Shown one piece after another: positions 55,447 to 64,000 of a stretch of 64,000 bases of DNA. The stretch is from Actinomycetota bacterium (GTDB lineage: Bacteria; Actinomycetota; Actinomycetes; S36-B12): the NCBI GenBank assembly GCA_005798555.1, contig SYJA01000024.1:28735-92734 (forward strand), read 5' to 3'. Made by a program: the position numbers and the translations under genes. Each line of letters begins with the position of its first letter. Within the stretch, counting starts at the first letter, position 1. The notes under the pieces are model-generated. The model did not search any database. It worked only from the letters and a program-made list of their open reading frames with translations, and was not told the DNA's origin.

Positions 55447-55722
55447 GGCGTTCTCCTGATCTGGTTGGTGCGCTGAGCCTAGTTTTAAATTGGACCTCAA
55501 GGGCCCGCCGGCCTATCCAAATAGCGCCGTGACTGATCCAGTTTGCGTCCAGCCGGCATTTTTCCGGAAAATTGTGAATTTCACCCACAAAAGCACTGGG
55601 ATTAGGTAACACTATGAACACATTTTATAGCGCTTTATTAACGCACGGCAGAATTCCGGCATAGTTGGAACTTGCTCGTTAGCACCTGACAGTGAATTTC
55701 CCTTGGAATCAAAGGAGAGCAA

Positions 55723-57012
55723 ATGAAGAGAACTAAGACCGCTGGCATCCTGGCGGTAGCGGCAAGCCTGAGCCTCGTGCTCGCGGGCTGCGCCTCCACC
55801 TCAACCTCTTCGGAGGCACCCGCCGCAACCGAGGCGGCGGCGCCGGCCGAAGCGGCGCCGGCCGAAGCTGCCCCATCTGAAGCGGCCCCAGCCGCGGCGG
55901 CTGAGTGCACCGAACCAATCATCATCGGTTCGGCAATGGCACAGACCGGCTTCATGTCACCATTTGATGTGCCCGCTTTGGACACCGCACGTATTGCTAT
56001 AGACAAGGCTAATGCTGAAGGTGGCGTGCTCGGCTGCCAGTTGGAACTCGTCGCAGTTGATGGCGAAACCAACCCTGATAAGGGCGCGCAAATCGCTACC
56101 GACCTGATTTCCCAAGGCGCAAAGATGCTCTTGGTTACCTGCGACTATGACATAAATGCCAAAGCCTCACAGGTTGCTCAGGATGCAGGTGTCCTCGTTA
56201 TTGCCCCATGCGTGGGTGACACGATCATGGGACCTGATGCTGGTTTGACCCTCGGGTTCTCCCTTGGTTCGGCTGTTCCTGGCGAAGCAGCAATCATGGC
56301 CGAATATGCATTCGAGAAATTCGGTCCCAACGCTGCCCTGTTCAAGGACATGTCAATCAAGTACACCCAAAATCAGTGCAAGGTGTTCGAAGAGCGTTGG
56401 ACCCAACTCGGTGGCAAGGTCGTTGCCGCCCCTGAGTTCAGCCAAACACCAGAAGGCACACTTGCATCTCCGGTCACCGCACAGGTGAAGGAAATCAAGG
56501 ATTCCAAGCCAGACGTTGTTGCCTTGTGCTCGTACCCAGGCGGTGGCGCTGAAGCCGCTGCTGCACTACGCGCCGGCGGCGTCGAAACGCCTGTCATCTC
56601 GGGCTTCGGCATGGATGGTGCGTTCTGGCTCGGAGCGGTTCCGGATCTCTCGGAGTTCTACTTCGTCACCTACGCATCTGTCTTCGGCGATGACCCCAAC
56701 CCCAAGGTCGCTGCACTACTCGCTGCCTACAAGGAGCTCACGGGCAGTGATGCAGCAACCAGCGGCTTGGTCACCGGCGCATCAAGCATCGAGGCCTTCA
56801 AGCTCGCTGCCGAGCAGGCTGGTTCCACCGATGGGGCCGCCCTGGCTGCTGCGTTGGAGGCATTTAACGCAGTTGATCTGACAGCTGGACCGACTAGCTT
56901 CTCGCCCGAGTTGCACGTAAACGTGACTCGTCCGATGGCGGTCATGGAAGTACAAAAGGGTAAGCACGCGTTTATCGAGTATCGGGCCGCAGAACAGCCC
57001 ATCCTCAACTAG
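55723..57012 (+). CDS. Liv-type (Peripla_BP_6) ABC substrate-binding lipoprotein
   Basis: Lipobox SLVLAGCAS. A (P/S)AEAA-repeat linker is followed by a type I periplasmic-binding fold. 429 aa. Confidence 0.9.
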   Translation: MKRTKTAGILAVAASLSLVLAGCASTSTSSEAPAATEAAAPAEAAPAEAAPSEAAPAAAAECTEPIIIGSAMAQTGFMSPFDVPALDTARIAIDKANAEGGVLGCQLELVAVDGETNPDKGAQIATDLISQGAKMLLVTCDYDINAKASQVAQDAGVLVIAPCVGDTIMGPDAGLTLGFSLGSAVPGEAAIMAEYAFEKFGPNAALFKDMSIKYTQNQCKVFEERWTQLGGKVVAAPEFSQTPEGTLASPVTAQVKEIKDSKPDVVALCSYPGGGAEAAAALRAGGVETPVISGFGMDGAFWLGAVPDLSEFYFVTYASVFGDDPNPKVAALLAAYKELTGSDAATSGLVTGASSIEAFKLAAEQAGSTDGAALAAALEAFNAVDLTAGPTSFSPELHVNVTRPMAVMEVQKGKHAFIEYRAAEQPILN

Positions 57013-57020
57013 TCGGTAAC

Positions 57021-57061
57021 GGCAGGCTGTGGAGATATCACTTCTATCTCCACAGCCTGCC
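57021..57061 (+). terminator. Perfect 17-bp stem / 7-nt loop hairpin just after the binding-protein gene (intra-operon attenuator or stabiliser)
   Basis: GGCAGGCTGTGGAGATA-TCACTTC-TATCTCCACAGCCTGCC, 9 nt after the stop codon. There is no clear U tract downstream. Confidence 0.5.
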
Positions 57062-57126
57062 GCTTATCTAGGTAAAGTCCTTTCTGTGATCACCACCCAG
57101 AACACTCGCACTTTCAGGAGATAGCC

Positions 57127-57873
57127 GTGACACAGATGCTTGAGGCTGTGTCGATTGTGAAGTCCTTCGGCGCGATCCGGGTCCTTGAAGATGTCACGGT
57201 AACCGTGCGCAAAGGTGAAATCGTTGGCCTCCTTGGCCCCAATGGCGCTGGCAAAACCACCCTGCTCAACATCATGGCCGGCTATGAAACCCAAAACTCT
57301 GGGACGGTTTCAATTGATGGAGGATGCATTGACAGTTTGCCACCGGAAGCCAGGACCAAGGCCGGTCTGGCTCGAACCTTTCAGTCGGGAAGGTTATTCC
57401 CCGAGCTCTCGGTAACTGAAAACGTGGTGCTTGGTGCCATCGGAGCTGGCGCGTCGATCAAAGTCGCAAATCGGCGGGCCCTCGATGCACTTGAAATGCT
57501 CGGACTCACAGCGGTAATGATGCAGCCGGCTACCGGTCTGTCCCACGGACTATCACGCCTAGTCGGACTCGCCCGAGCGCTCACGGCCAACCCCGAGTAC
57601 CTCATCATGGACGAACCCGCCGCTGGCCTGAATAACCACGAGACCCCAGCCCTGCTTGCGGCACTTGAAAGTATCCAGCGTGAGTCTGGCTGCGGCATGC
57701 TGCTAATCGAACACAATGTCGGCCTGGTAGCAGATGCCTGCTCAAGAGTATTTGTCCTAGCTTCTGGTGAGCTACTTTTCGAAGGTCCGCCCGAGGACGC
57801 TTTGGCCGACGAGGCCGTGCTATCTGCCTACTTGGGTGATGCCACCATGGGATTACCTGGCGGCATCGCATGA
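57127..57873 (+). CDS. Branched-chain-amino-acid-type ABC ATPase (LivG-like)
   Basis: GTG start with a GGAGA SD. GPNGAGKTT, LSHGLSRLVGLARAL, and Walker B YLIMDEPAAGL. Confidence 0.9.
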   Translation: MTQMLEAVSIVKSFGAIRVLEDVTVTVRKGEIVGLLGPNGAGKTTLLNIMAGYETQNSGTVSIDGGCIDSLPPEARTKAGLARTFQSGRLFPELSVTENVVLGAIGAGASIKVANRRALDALEMLGLTAVMMQPATGLSHGLSRLVGLARALTANPEYLIMDEPAAGLNNHETPALLAALESIQRESGCGMLLIEHNVGLVADACSRVFVLASGELLFEGPPEDALADEAVLSAYLGDATMGLPGGIA

Positions 57874-58595
57874 GTCTTCTTAGCGTTCGCGGTCTCCAAG
57901 CCGGATACGGAAAAGTTCAAGTCCTGTTCAATGGGCATATCGAGGTCGAACCCGGTGAACTCGTGGGCATCGTTGGTCCAAATGGGGCCGGTAAGTCCAC
58001 ATTCTTGGGTGCGTTGGCCGGATCGGTAAGACCATCAAGCGGATCTATTGAATTTCAAGGTACTTCCATTCGAGGAAGGAAACCCGAGGACATCGTGCGT
58101 CTGGGCCTCGCCCTTGTCCCGGAGGGTAGAGCGATCTTCACCGACCTGACCGTAACCGAGAACCTGCGCTTGGGGCTAACCGGTCGGCGGGATAAATCCG
58201 GGTCCGCGAAGGCGATCGCGGAAGTCACCGAGTTATTTCCCGTTCTCGCCAGCCACCGGGGCCACCAGGCCGGGTTACTCAGCGGCGGGCAGCAGCAGCA
58301 GCTTGCCATCGCCCGGGCACTTGTCTCCGAGCCTAAACTTCTGATGTTGGACGAACCGAGCCTGGGCCTGTCCCCGACGGTAATCCAAGATGTCTTTGGG
58401 GTGCTGAACAAGATCCAAGAACTTGGAACCGCAATTATCGTTGTTGAGCAACGTGCACACCTAATCATGAGCGTTGCGTCTCGCACGCTGGTGATGCGTG
58501 AGGGTCACGTGCGGGCAACCCTTACTCGAGAGGACGCCCGGGACGAGACAAAGTTGGCAGCCGCGTACTTTGGCACCGGCGAGGACCGCGAATGA
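57870..58595 (+). CDS. Branched-chain-amino-acid-type ABC ATPase (LivF-like)
   Basis: 4-nt overlap with the upstream gene. GPNGAGKST, LSGGQQQQLAIARAL, LLMLDEPSLGL. Confidence 0.9.
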   Translation: MSLLSVRGLQAGYGKVQVLFNGHIEVEPGELVGIVGPNGAGKSTFLGALAGSVRPSSGSIEFQGTSIRGRKPEDIVRLGLALVPEGRAIFTDLTVTENLRLGLTGRRDKSGSAKAIAEVTELFPVLASHRGHQAGLLSGGQQQQLAIARALVSEPKLLMLDEPSLGLSPTVIQDVFGVLNKIQELGTAIIVVEQRAHLIMSVASRTLVMREGHVRATLTREDARDETKLAAAYFGTGEDRE

Positions 58596-59464
58596 TTCAG
58601 ACCATTCTCGACGCACTCAGCTATGGCGGCCTGTACGGGTTGGCCGCACTTGGCATTGGCTTGGTGTTCGGGGTTATGCGCCTGGTGAACTTTGCCCACG
58701 GTGAGCTCATCGCAATCGGTGCCTACCTGATGATCATCACCATTGATCTCGGACTGCCACTCAGCATCATCATTGCCGTTGCAGGAACCGCAGCGCTCGC
58801 ACTCCTAATGGAGTTAAGTGTTTTCAAGAGACTCCGGTTGGCCGGACCATCAGTGCTACTGATCGCATCATTCGGCGTGAGTATCTTCCTCCAGAGGTCC
58901 TACGAAATTATCTTCGGCGCACTCCCGATATCGGGCCAGATCGCCCCGTGGATGTCAGGGGTAATTGAATTTGGCGATACTACGATCACGCGCGGCAGCA
59001 TCCTCACGATAATTCTCGCATTAGCTCTGTTAGCGGGCATGCGCTTCTTGGTCGAAAACACGACATTGGGATTACAGATCCGCGCCGCATCGAGTGATTT
59101 TCAGACAGCTCGGCTTTTAGGTGTTCGGTCGAACTACGTTATTGGTACCGCATTTGTTTTCAGTGGGGTTTTGGCAGCAGCGGTCGCATTCGTGTTGGTC
59201 ACCCAACGAGGCTCAGTTGACCCGCTCTTCGGGGTGAACATCACGATCTTGGCTTTGGTCGGGACGGTGATTGGCGGCCTCGGTAGTTTGCAGGGGGCGG
59301 CTCTAGGTGGGTTTGCTGTCGGCGCGACGATCAGTTTATTGAATTCATTCTTGGGTAACTATCGGGTTTATTCCTATACCTGGCTTTTTATTCTGGTAAT
59401 CATCGTGCTGCTCATCAGGCCCAGTGGGCTGATTTCCAATAAGGCATTCAAGGAGCGTGCCTGA
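58592..59464 (+). CDS. Branched-chain-amino-acid-type ABC permease (LivH-like)
   Basis: 4-nt overlap with the upstream gene. 290 aa and polytopic. N-terminus …YGGLYGLAALGIGLVFGVMRLVNFAHGE. Confidence 0.9.
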   Translation: MIQTILDALSYGGLYGLAALGIGLVFGVMRLVNFAHGELIAIGAYLMIITIDLGLPLSIIIAVAGTAALALLMELSVFKRLRLAGPSVLLIASFGVSIFLQRSYEIIFGALPISGQIAPWMSGVIEFGDTTITRGSILTIILALALLAGMRFLVENTTLGLQIRAASSDFQTARLLGVRSNYVIGTAFVFSGVLAAAVAFVLVTQRGSVDPLFGVNITILALVGTVIGGLGSLQGAALGGFAVGATISLLNSFLGNYRVYSYTWLFILVIIVLLIRPSGLISNKAFKERA

Positions 59465-60570
59465 TGTCCAATGGCCTATTACCTTCACGGCAACTAATTG
59501 GAGTCACCCGCTTCCATTGGCAGCAACTCTTAGGCCCGATAGTCGTGGTCATCGCAGTGTCGTACCTAACCAGCGGGGTTTCGGCATCTTTTAGCTATCT
59601 CACCGAGGGCGCCTTGGCATTACTGGTGATGGTGCTGAGTCTGCAGGTTTTCATCGGCAACAGTGGGGTGCTGTCATTTGGGCAAGCTGCGTTTGCCATG
59701 GTTGGTGGGTTCGCTTCAGGACTCCTCACCGCACCGGTAAAAATCAAAGAGAACGTTCTGGACGGACTCTGGGAGCCACTGAAAGCCGTGAACATGGGGA
59801 TCTGGCCAAGCCTGGTGATCGCCGTCTTAGTCGGCGCCCTCTTTGCCTTCGTCACCGGATTGCTCTTGATGCGTCTGAGCGGGCTCGCGGCCGGGATCGC
59901 CACATTTGCTCTCCTAATGGTTGCAGATAACGTCTTTTTCAACTGGAAACTGATCGGCCCTGGACCACAGGTGATGCCGCAAGTTCCAAAGTTCGCATTC
60001 GTTGACGAATCCATCGTGTTGACGGTGATCGTGATTATCGTCGTCTACTTTTTCGGGATTTCCCGGCGTGGTCGACTCCTAAGAGCTACTCGAGAAGATG
60101 CTCTAGCCGCACGTGCACTCGGGGCAAGTGTGTGGCACCTTCGGGTGCTGTTCTTCACCGTGTCAGGCGGCATCGCAGCGCTTAGCGGCGCAATGTATGC
60201 ACACCATGCCGGTGCCGTGACCGCCCGCGACTTTTATCTCGGCTTCACGTTCACGACCCTCGCAATGCTTATCATCGGCGGCGCATCAAGCCTGTGGGGT
60301 GCCGTAGTCGGGACCATTTTAGTTACCGCGATTGGTCAGGTGCTTTTAGTGCTCGAAGGCGGGGTCACCTTTGGCTCCGTTGAAGTCACCTTGCCGAACG
60401 GGGCTAGGGGTTTGGTAATTGCCGCCGCTCTTGTTGTTATTCTGATTTGGCGGCCCAAAGGCGTCACCGGCGGAAAGGAATTCAATTTGCCGTTCCTAAA
60501 TCGCAAATCAGCCGCCGCCCACGATTCGCACGTCCAACGCACGGACGCCAACATGAACATCAAGCCCTAA
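59464..60570 (+). CDS. Branched-chain-amino-acid-type ABC permease (LivM-like)
   Basis: 1-nt overlap (TGATG). 368 aa and polytopic, with …GNSGVLSFGQAAFAMVGGF…. Confidence 0.9.
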   Translation: MSNGLLPSRQLIGVTRFHWQQLLGPIVVVIAVSYLTSGVSASFSYLTEGALALLVMVLSLQVFIGNSGVLSFGQAAFAMVGGFASGLLTAPVKIKENVLDGLWEPLKAVNMGIWPSLVIAVLVGALFAFVTGLLLMRLSGLAAGIATFALLMVADNVFFNWKLIGPGPQVMPQVPKFAFVDESIVLTVIVIIVVYFFGISRRGRLLRATREDALAARALGASVWHLRVLFFTVSGGIAALSGAMYAHHAGAVTARDFYLGFTFTTLAMLIIGGASSLWGAVVGTILVTAIGQVLLVLEGGVTFGSVEVTLPNGARGLVIAAALVVILIWRPKGVTGGKEFNLPFLNRKSAAAHDSHVQRTDANMNIKP

Positions 60571-60595
60571 CACCTAAATTGGAAGGATTACCGCT

Positions 60596-61366
60596 ATGAC
60601 TGATCTCAACTCATTGGGCACCGCTATCGCGACGGGTTCCGTCGAGGTGATTGACTTAACTTCACCATTGCATTCCGGTACGCCAGTTCTCGCCTTGCCG
60701 GCGGACTTCGGCCAGACTGCAATCTTCCAGCTCGAGGAGATAAGTCGATACGACGATCGCGGACCTGCGTGGTACTGGAACAATATCCACACCGGTGAGC
60801 ACACCGGAACCCATCTTGATGCGCCAATTCACTGGGTAACAGGCCAGGACAAAGATGACGTGAGCCAGGTCCCACCGCAGCGCCTCATCGGGCCCGCGGT
60901 CGTCATTGATAAAACCGCTGAGGTTGCAGCGAACCCGGACTACTGCCTAACCCTGGCTGACGTTAAGGCCTGGGAGGCCGAGAACGGCGATATCCCTGCG
61001 CATTCATGGGTGCTTTTTCGCACCGGTTGGTCAAAGTTCGGTGATGATCCCGTTGCGTTTGCCAACGCGGACGAAAATGGACCGCATACCCCGGGGGTGG
61101 CACCCGAAGCTGCTAAGTATCTTTCCGAAACTCAAATCCTTGGCTGGGGAGTCGAAACTGTTGGCACCGACGCTGGTGGTGCGATGGGTTTTGACCCACC
61201 CTTCCCCTGCCACAACATGTTCATGGGTGCCAACAAGTGCGGTGTCACGCAATTGCGCAACCTAGACAAGTTGCCGATCAAGGGCGCAGTAGTCGTAGTT
61301 GCACCGCTGCCCATCGTCAAGGGCTCGGGAAGTCCGTGCCGGGTCCTTGCGCTGGTGCAGGAGTAG
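60596..61366 (+). CDS. Cyclase-family protein (kynurenine formamidase-like metal hydrolase)
   Basis: HTGEHTGTHLDAPIHW motif. 256 aa. It is the last gene of the Liv-type operon. Confidence 0.8.
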   Translation: MTDLNSLGTAIATGSVEVIDLTSPLHSGTPVLALPADFGQTAIFQLEEISRYDDRGPAWYWNNIHTGEHTGTHLDAPIHWVTGQDKDDVSQVPPQRLIGPAVVIDKTAEVAANPDYCLTLADVKAWEAENGDIPAHSWVLFRTGWSKFGDDPVAFANADENGPHTPGVAPEAAKYLSETQILGWGVETVGTDAGGAMGFDPPFPCHNMFMGANKCGVTQLRNLDKLPIKGAVVVVAPLPIVKGSGSPCRVLALVQE

Positions 61367-61409
61367 GGGTTTTTGCCACCGCCTGTTGCGTGCGACCGGG
61401 GAGCGCTGA

Positions 61410-63002
61410 TTACTTGTTTCGCTCGAGTGCACGGGTCAGCGCTCTGCCGGACTCATCTGCTAGTGCTGCACTTCGAAGTTCCTTGATTATCGAAGCCGGG
61501 TCACTAGCCTTAATTGCTATTGGCAGGTAGTCCATTATTGCTTCGAAATTGCGCATACCATTGGCATGGGTATCTCCGTACCCCTTGATCAGTTGTTGGC
61601 ACAAACACACCTGGTAGGCCAATTCGGGGTTCGTCACGGCCAGGTCAGCTACCCGTCCCAGCCAGTGGTCGATGCGACTTTGCTCGATCCCAAAGCGAAG
61701 TGATCGGCGGCGCAGTGGCCTAAGCCTTGCCAGCACATACAAGACGGTGAATCCCCAGACCGAGGACGTTTGAATCTTTATCCCTTTATGGGTGATCTTG
61801 AAAACCAGCCACTGGAAGAGTTTCGAGCCCAGGAGCAATCGCCCAAGTTTCGTCGGCAGGGTGTCGGTTATCTCTTCAATCTGCGGATGAAGGAACTCAC
61901 GGACTTGAACCATTTCAACTTCCGTGGCCCGAGATTCCGCTCGAACCCTGTCAAAACGTACTTTGCGAGTCTTATGGAAGGCCACGCGGATGGTGTCCTC
62001 GTACGTCATCCAAAGCGCCGTGTAACGGGCGGCCTCAACGGTCAACTTGAAGTCTTGCGTTGAATCGACAATCGCGATTCGTGCCACCCGGTCGAGCAAC
62101 TGCTCGGCGTACTCCCCGTCTTGATATTCCGCGGTTCGCTTAATACCCTCAACCAGCACGTAGCGCGCTTGCTCCGGAAACGCAGATCTGATTCGCAGCG
62201 CACAATCGGTCAGTTTCGGACCAACAAGTGAACTCGGATCCTTGATGGCGCGCTCTACTTTCACAGGGTCCGGGCCGGGGTCTTCGGTTTCCGGAGGCCG
62301 TGCCCCAATGGTTACTTCAACCACCGGTCGCTCCGCCGCCAACGCAGCCTTGAACCCGGCGTCAAAGGCGGCCAAGCTGGCCTCAATGCCCTTCCCCCCG
62401 GCTCGAATGACCTCCTCGCATTGTTCACGAGAAAACGGCATTACCCGAGCTGCCGCAATGGCTCCAAACAAGCAGGCACTGATCACACTGCCGTTGTCCA
62501 GGGCCAATTTATTGAAGTCAGCCCGGATGAACCGCTTAGCAGACAGCTTCGCTGCGTCGATGAGCCCCTGTGACTCAATGCGGCCGTCACCCATAGCGGT
62601 GCGCTCCGGCATTGAATAAACCCGGTTGGTCGAAGCAATCAACGTCGTGCGATCAGGTGTGCAAAAACCTCTTTGGATCGCTCTGCCCGACTCCATTAGC
62701 TCAGAGGCCACGGCGATATCGACTTCACCAGGTGTCGGCATCGTGCTGAGAATTGGCTCTGGCTGGTTTGGATCATCGCTAATCTTGCGCAGTATTTCTA
62801 CGTAATAAACCGTTGTGCCCGTGCGTTGTGCGACCCCGGCCACCGAAGTGTTCTGGGCGAAATAACCATTGCGCTCGGCCACCGCGACAACCCAGTCGGC
62901 GAGTACTCCACCACCCTCCCCGCCCATTGCCAAGATCGCCATCGTGATTGGCCGGGTAACCCCTGGCACTGGCGTACTGGCCTTGAGGTCAACACTTGTC
63001 AT
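61410..63002 (-). CDS. iorB: Indolepyruvate:ferredoxin oxidoreductase beta-subunit family protein (long form)
   Basis: N-terminal POR-gamma-like domain (ILAMGGEGGGVLADW…) plus a long C-terminal helical extension. 4-nt overlap with the upstream alpha-subunit gene. Confidence 0.75.
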   Translation of the reverse strand: MTSVDLKASTPVPGVTRPITMAILAMGGEGGGVLADWVVAVAERNGYFAQNTSVAGVAQRTGTTVYYVEILRKISDDPNQPEPILSTMPTPGEVDIAVASELMESGRAIQRGFCTPDRTTLIASTNRVYSMPERTAMGDGRIESQGLIDAAKLSAKRFIRADFNKLALDNGSVISACLFGAIAAARVMPFSREQCEEVIRAGGKGIEASLAAFDAGFKAALAAERPVVEVTIGARPPETEDPGPDPVKVERAIKDPSSLVGPKLTDCALRIRSAFPEQARYVLVEGIKRTAEYQDGEYAEQLLDRVARIAIVDSTQDFKLTVEAARYTALWMTYEDTIRVAFHKTRKVRFDRVRAESRATEVEMVQVREFLHPQIEEITDTLPTKLGRLLLGSKLFQWLVFKITHKGIKIQTSSVWGFTVLYVLARLRPLRRRSLRFGIEQSRIDHWLGRVADLAVTNPELAYQVCLCQQLIKGYGDTHANGMRNFEAIMDYLPIAIKASDPASIIKELRSAALADESGRALTRALERNK

Positions 63003-64000
63003 ACTGCATCAATTCCAAGTCGCTGCTTTTCAATACCCTTTTGCAACCAGCCGATGTAACGGTGACGGACCCAGAGTTTGGACTTGTCCCACCAACTTGG
63101 ATTGTAGATCACTTCGGTGCGGTAGAAGGACGGGCAGAGGGCGGCCGCGTGCGCGTTCTCACCACAGAGGCCACAGCCCACACAGGTTTCCAGCACCACC
63201 GCGATTGGGTCCTGGCGAAGCGGATCCGGGTTCGGGCCGATGGTTAGCGACGGACACCCCGAGATTCGAATACAGGAATGATCACCGGTGCAGGTTTCCG
63301 GATCCACCCCATACAGTTCGCGAACTACTCGTTTGCCGTCCTTTATCTTCTTCGCGCGAGCTGGTTTCTCGCGGCGTTCACGATTCAGGGTGCACTCACT
63401 TTGGGCGACAATTACTTTGGGCCCTTTTTCTTGCGTCGTTAAGGCTTCCTTGAAGAGGTCACGCATTTCGGCCACTTTGAAAGTGTCGGTCATCGTGCGC
63501 GCCCACTTGACGCCAATGCCGCGCACTGCCCGTTCGATGGGGTGATTGGTCGAACGACTTGGGGTCTCGGCCCGAGATGACAGCAAATCCTGGCCCCCGG
63601 TGGCCGCGCTGTAGGCGTTATCCACCACGACAAGGAGTTGATCGTTTTCATTGAAGACAGCATTACCAACTCCGCTGGTGAGGCCGTTATGCCAAAACCC
63701 GCCATCGCCCATAAACGCAATAGTTCGCTTGTCGGCATCTTTTGCATTGAATGCGGATCCGCTGGCGGAGCCCAGGCCGTAGCCCATGGTGGTAGCACCG
63801 ACATTAAATGGTGCGTTGATGGAGAACAGGTGACAGCCAATATCGGCACTTACGATGTGCGGACCAAGTTCGCGCTCGGCCAGTTTTAGTGCCGCAAAAA
63901 TTGGTCGCTCGGGGCAGCCGGTGCAAAAGCCCGGCGGCCGGCCCTGGACAAGTTCAGGTGAGATTCGCGGCGCAAATGGGCTTCGTGGGTCGCTGTCCTC
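62999..64000 (-). CDS. iorA: Indolepyruvate:ferredoxin oxidoreductase alpha subunit (TPP-binding, 2x[4Fe-4S]); 5' end lies beyond the window
   Basis: The frame is open to the window edge (…FCTGCPERPIFAALK…DIGCHLFS…). TPP motif FMGDGGFWHNGL. Ferredoxin-type Cys clusters CTGDHSCIRISGCP and CVGCGLCGENAHAAALCP. Confidence 0.8.
   Translation of the reverse strand, partial: EDSDPRSPFAPRISPELVQGRPPGFCTGCPERPIFAALKLAERELGPHIVSADIGCHLFSINAPFNVGATTMGYGLGSASGSAFNAKDADKRTIAFMGDGGFWHNGLTSGVGNAVFNENDQLLVVVDNAYSAATGGQDLLSSRAETPSRSTNHPIERAVRGIGVKWARTMTDTFKVAEMRDLFKEALTTQEKGPKVIVAQSECTLNRERREKPARAKKIKDGKRVVRELYGVDPETCTGDHSCIRISGCPSLTIGPNPDPLRQDPIAVVLETCVGCGLCGENAHAAALCPSFYRTEVIYNPSWWDKSKLWVRHRYIGWLQKGIEKQRLGIDAV

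Noticed and set aside
1-64000. Search for mobile elements, prophage, defence systems, toxin-antitoxin pairs, and tRNA, rRNA or other structured RNA genes.
   Set aside because: I recognised no transposase, integrase, recombinase, nuclease-helicase defence module or small adjacent TA-like pairs. I saw no T-loop/acceptor-like tRNA signatures and no long terminal inverted or direct repeats. Absence judged by eye is not proof, so tRNAscan, Infernal and ISfinder-type scans would be needed.

Overview
This is a high-GC segment (about 60% by eye) that looks like actinobacterial chromosome. The evidence is a mycothiol-type class III formaldehyde dehydrogenase paired with an MBL hydrolase, twin-arginine signals, many GTG/TTG starts, and ATGA/TGATG-coupled operons. 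I support about 55 intact protein genes. I found no rRNA or tRNA genes, no CRISPR array, and no recognisable transposase, integrase, phage or defence genes.

The window is mostly transport and catabolism, in this order:
- Housekeeping and miscellaneous genes (DEAD-box helicase, APC permease, SDR).
- A CsoR-family regulator with a perfect operator palindrome.
- A 2OG oxygenase and bicupin pair.
- A secreted GH18 chitinase flanked by two CBM2 modules.
- A dense set of amine and N-methyl catabolic enzymes: an OYE/FAD Fe-S flavoprotein, a class III aminotransferase, a TetR-controlled operon (acyl-CoA dehydrogenase, ADP-forming CoA ligase, Rieske oxygenase, cupin), a GcvT-like protein coupled to a CrtI-like flavoprotein, a second Rieske paralog, and a fused dimethylglycine-dehydrogenase-like enzyme.
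- An Ntn hydrolase and amine oxidase pair.
- An Opp/Dpp-type ABC system whose binding protein lies in a convergent operon.
- A large secreted glycoside hydrolase.
- A Liv-type ABC operon with a cyclase.
- Indolepyruvate:ferredoxin oxidoreductase genes (iorA runs off the right edge).

The observations most worth a second look:
1. The Tat-signal flavin amine oxidase (29090-30484) appears circularly permuted. The canonical C-terminal FAD block sits in front of the canonical N-terminal Rossmann fold.
2. The uncharacterised operon of acyl-CoA dehydrogenase, CoA ligase, Rieske oxygenase and cupin has a shared 18-bp TetR-type operator on both sides of its regulator.
3. A GcvT-like protein is translationally coupled to a phytoene-desaturase-type flavoprotein. 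This looks like an unfused analogue of dimethylglycine dehydrogenase built with a different flavoprotein class.
4. The CsoR-family repressor lacks the Cu-ligand His, and a 44-codon Cys-rich ORF that is missing from the ORF track sits downstream of it.
5. Eight or nine genes are disrupted by in-frame TAG/TGA/TAA codons, frameshifts or deletions, including one ATPase of the Opp-like importer.

All functional calls rest on motifs read by eye. No database search was possible.
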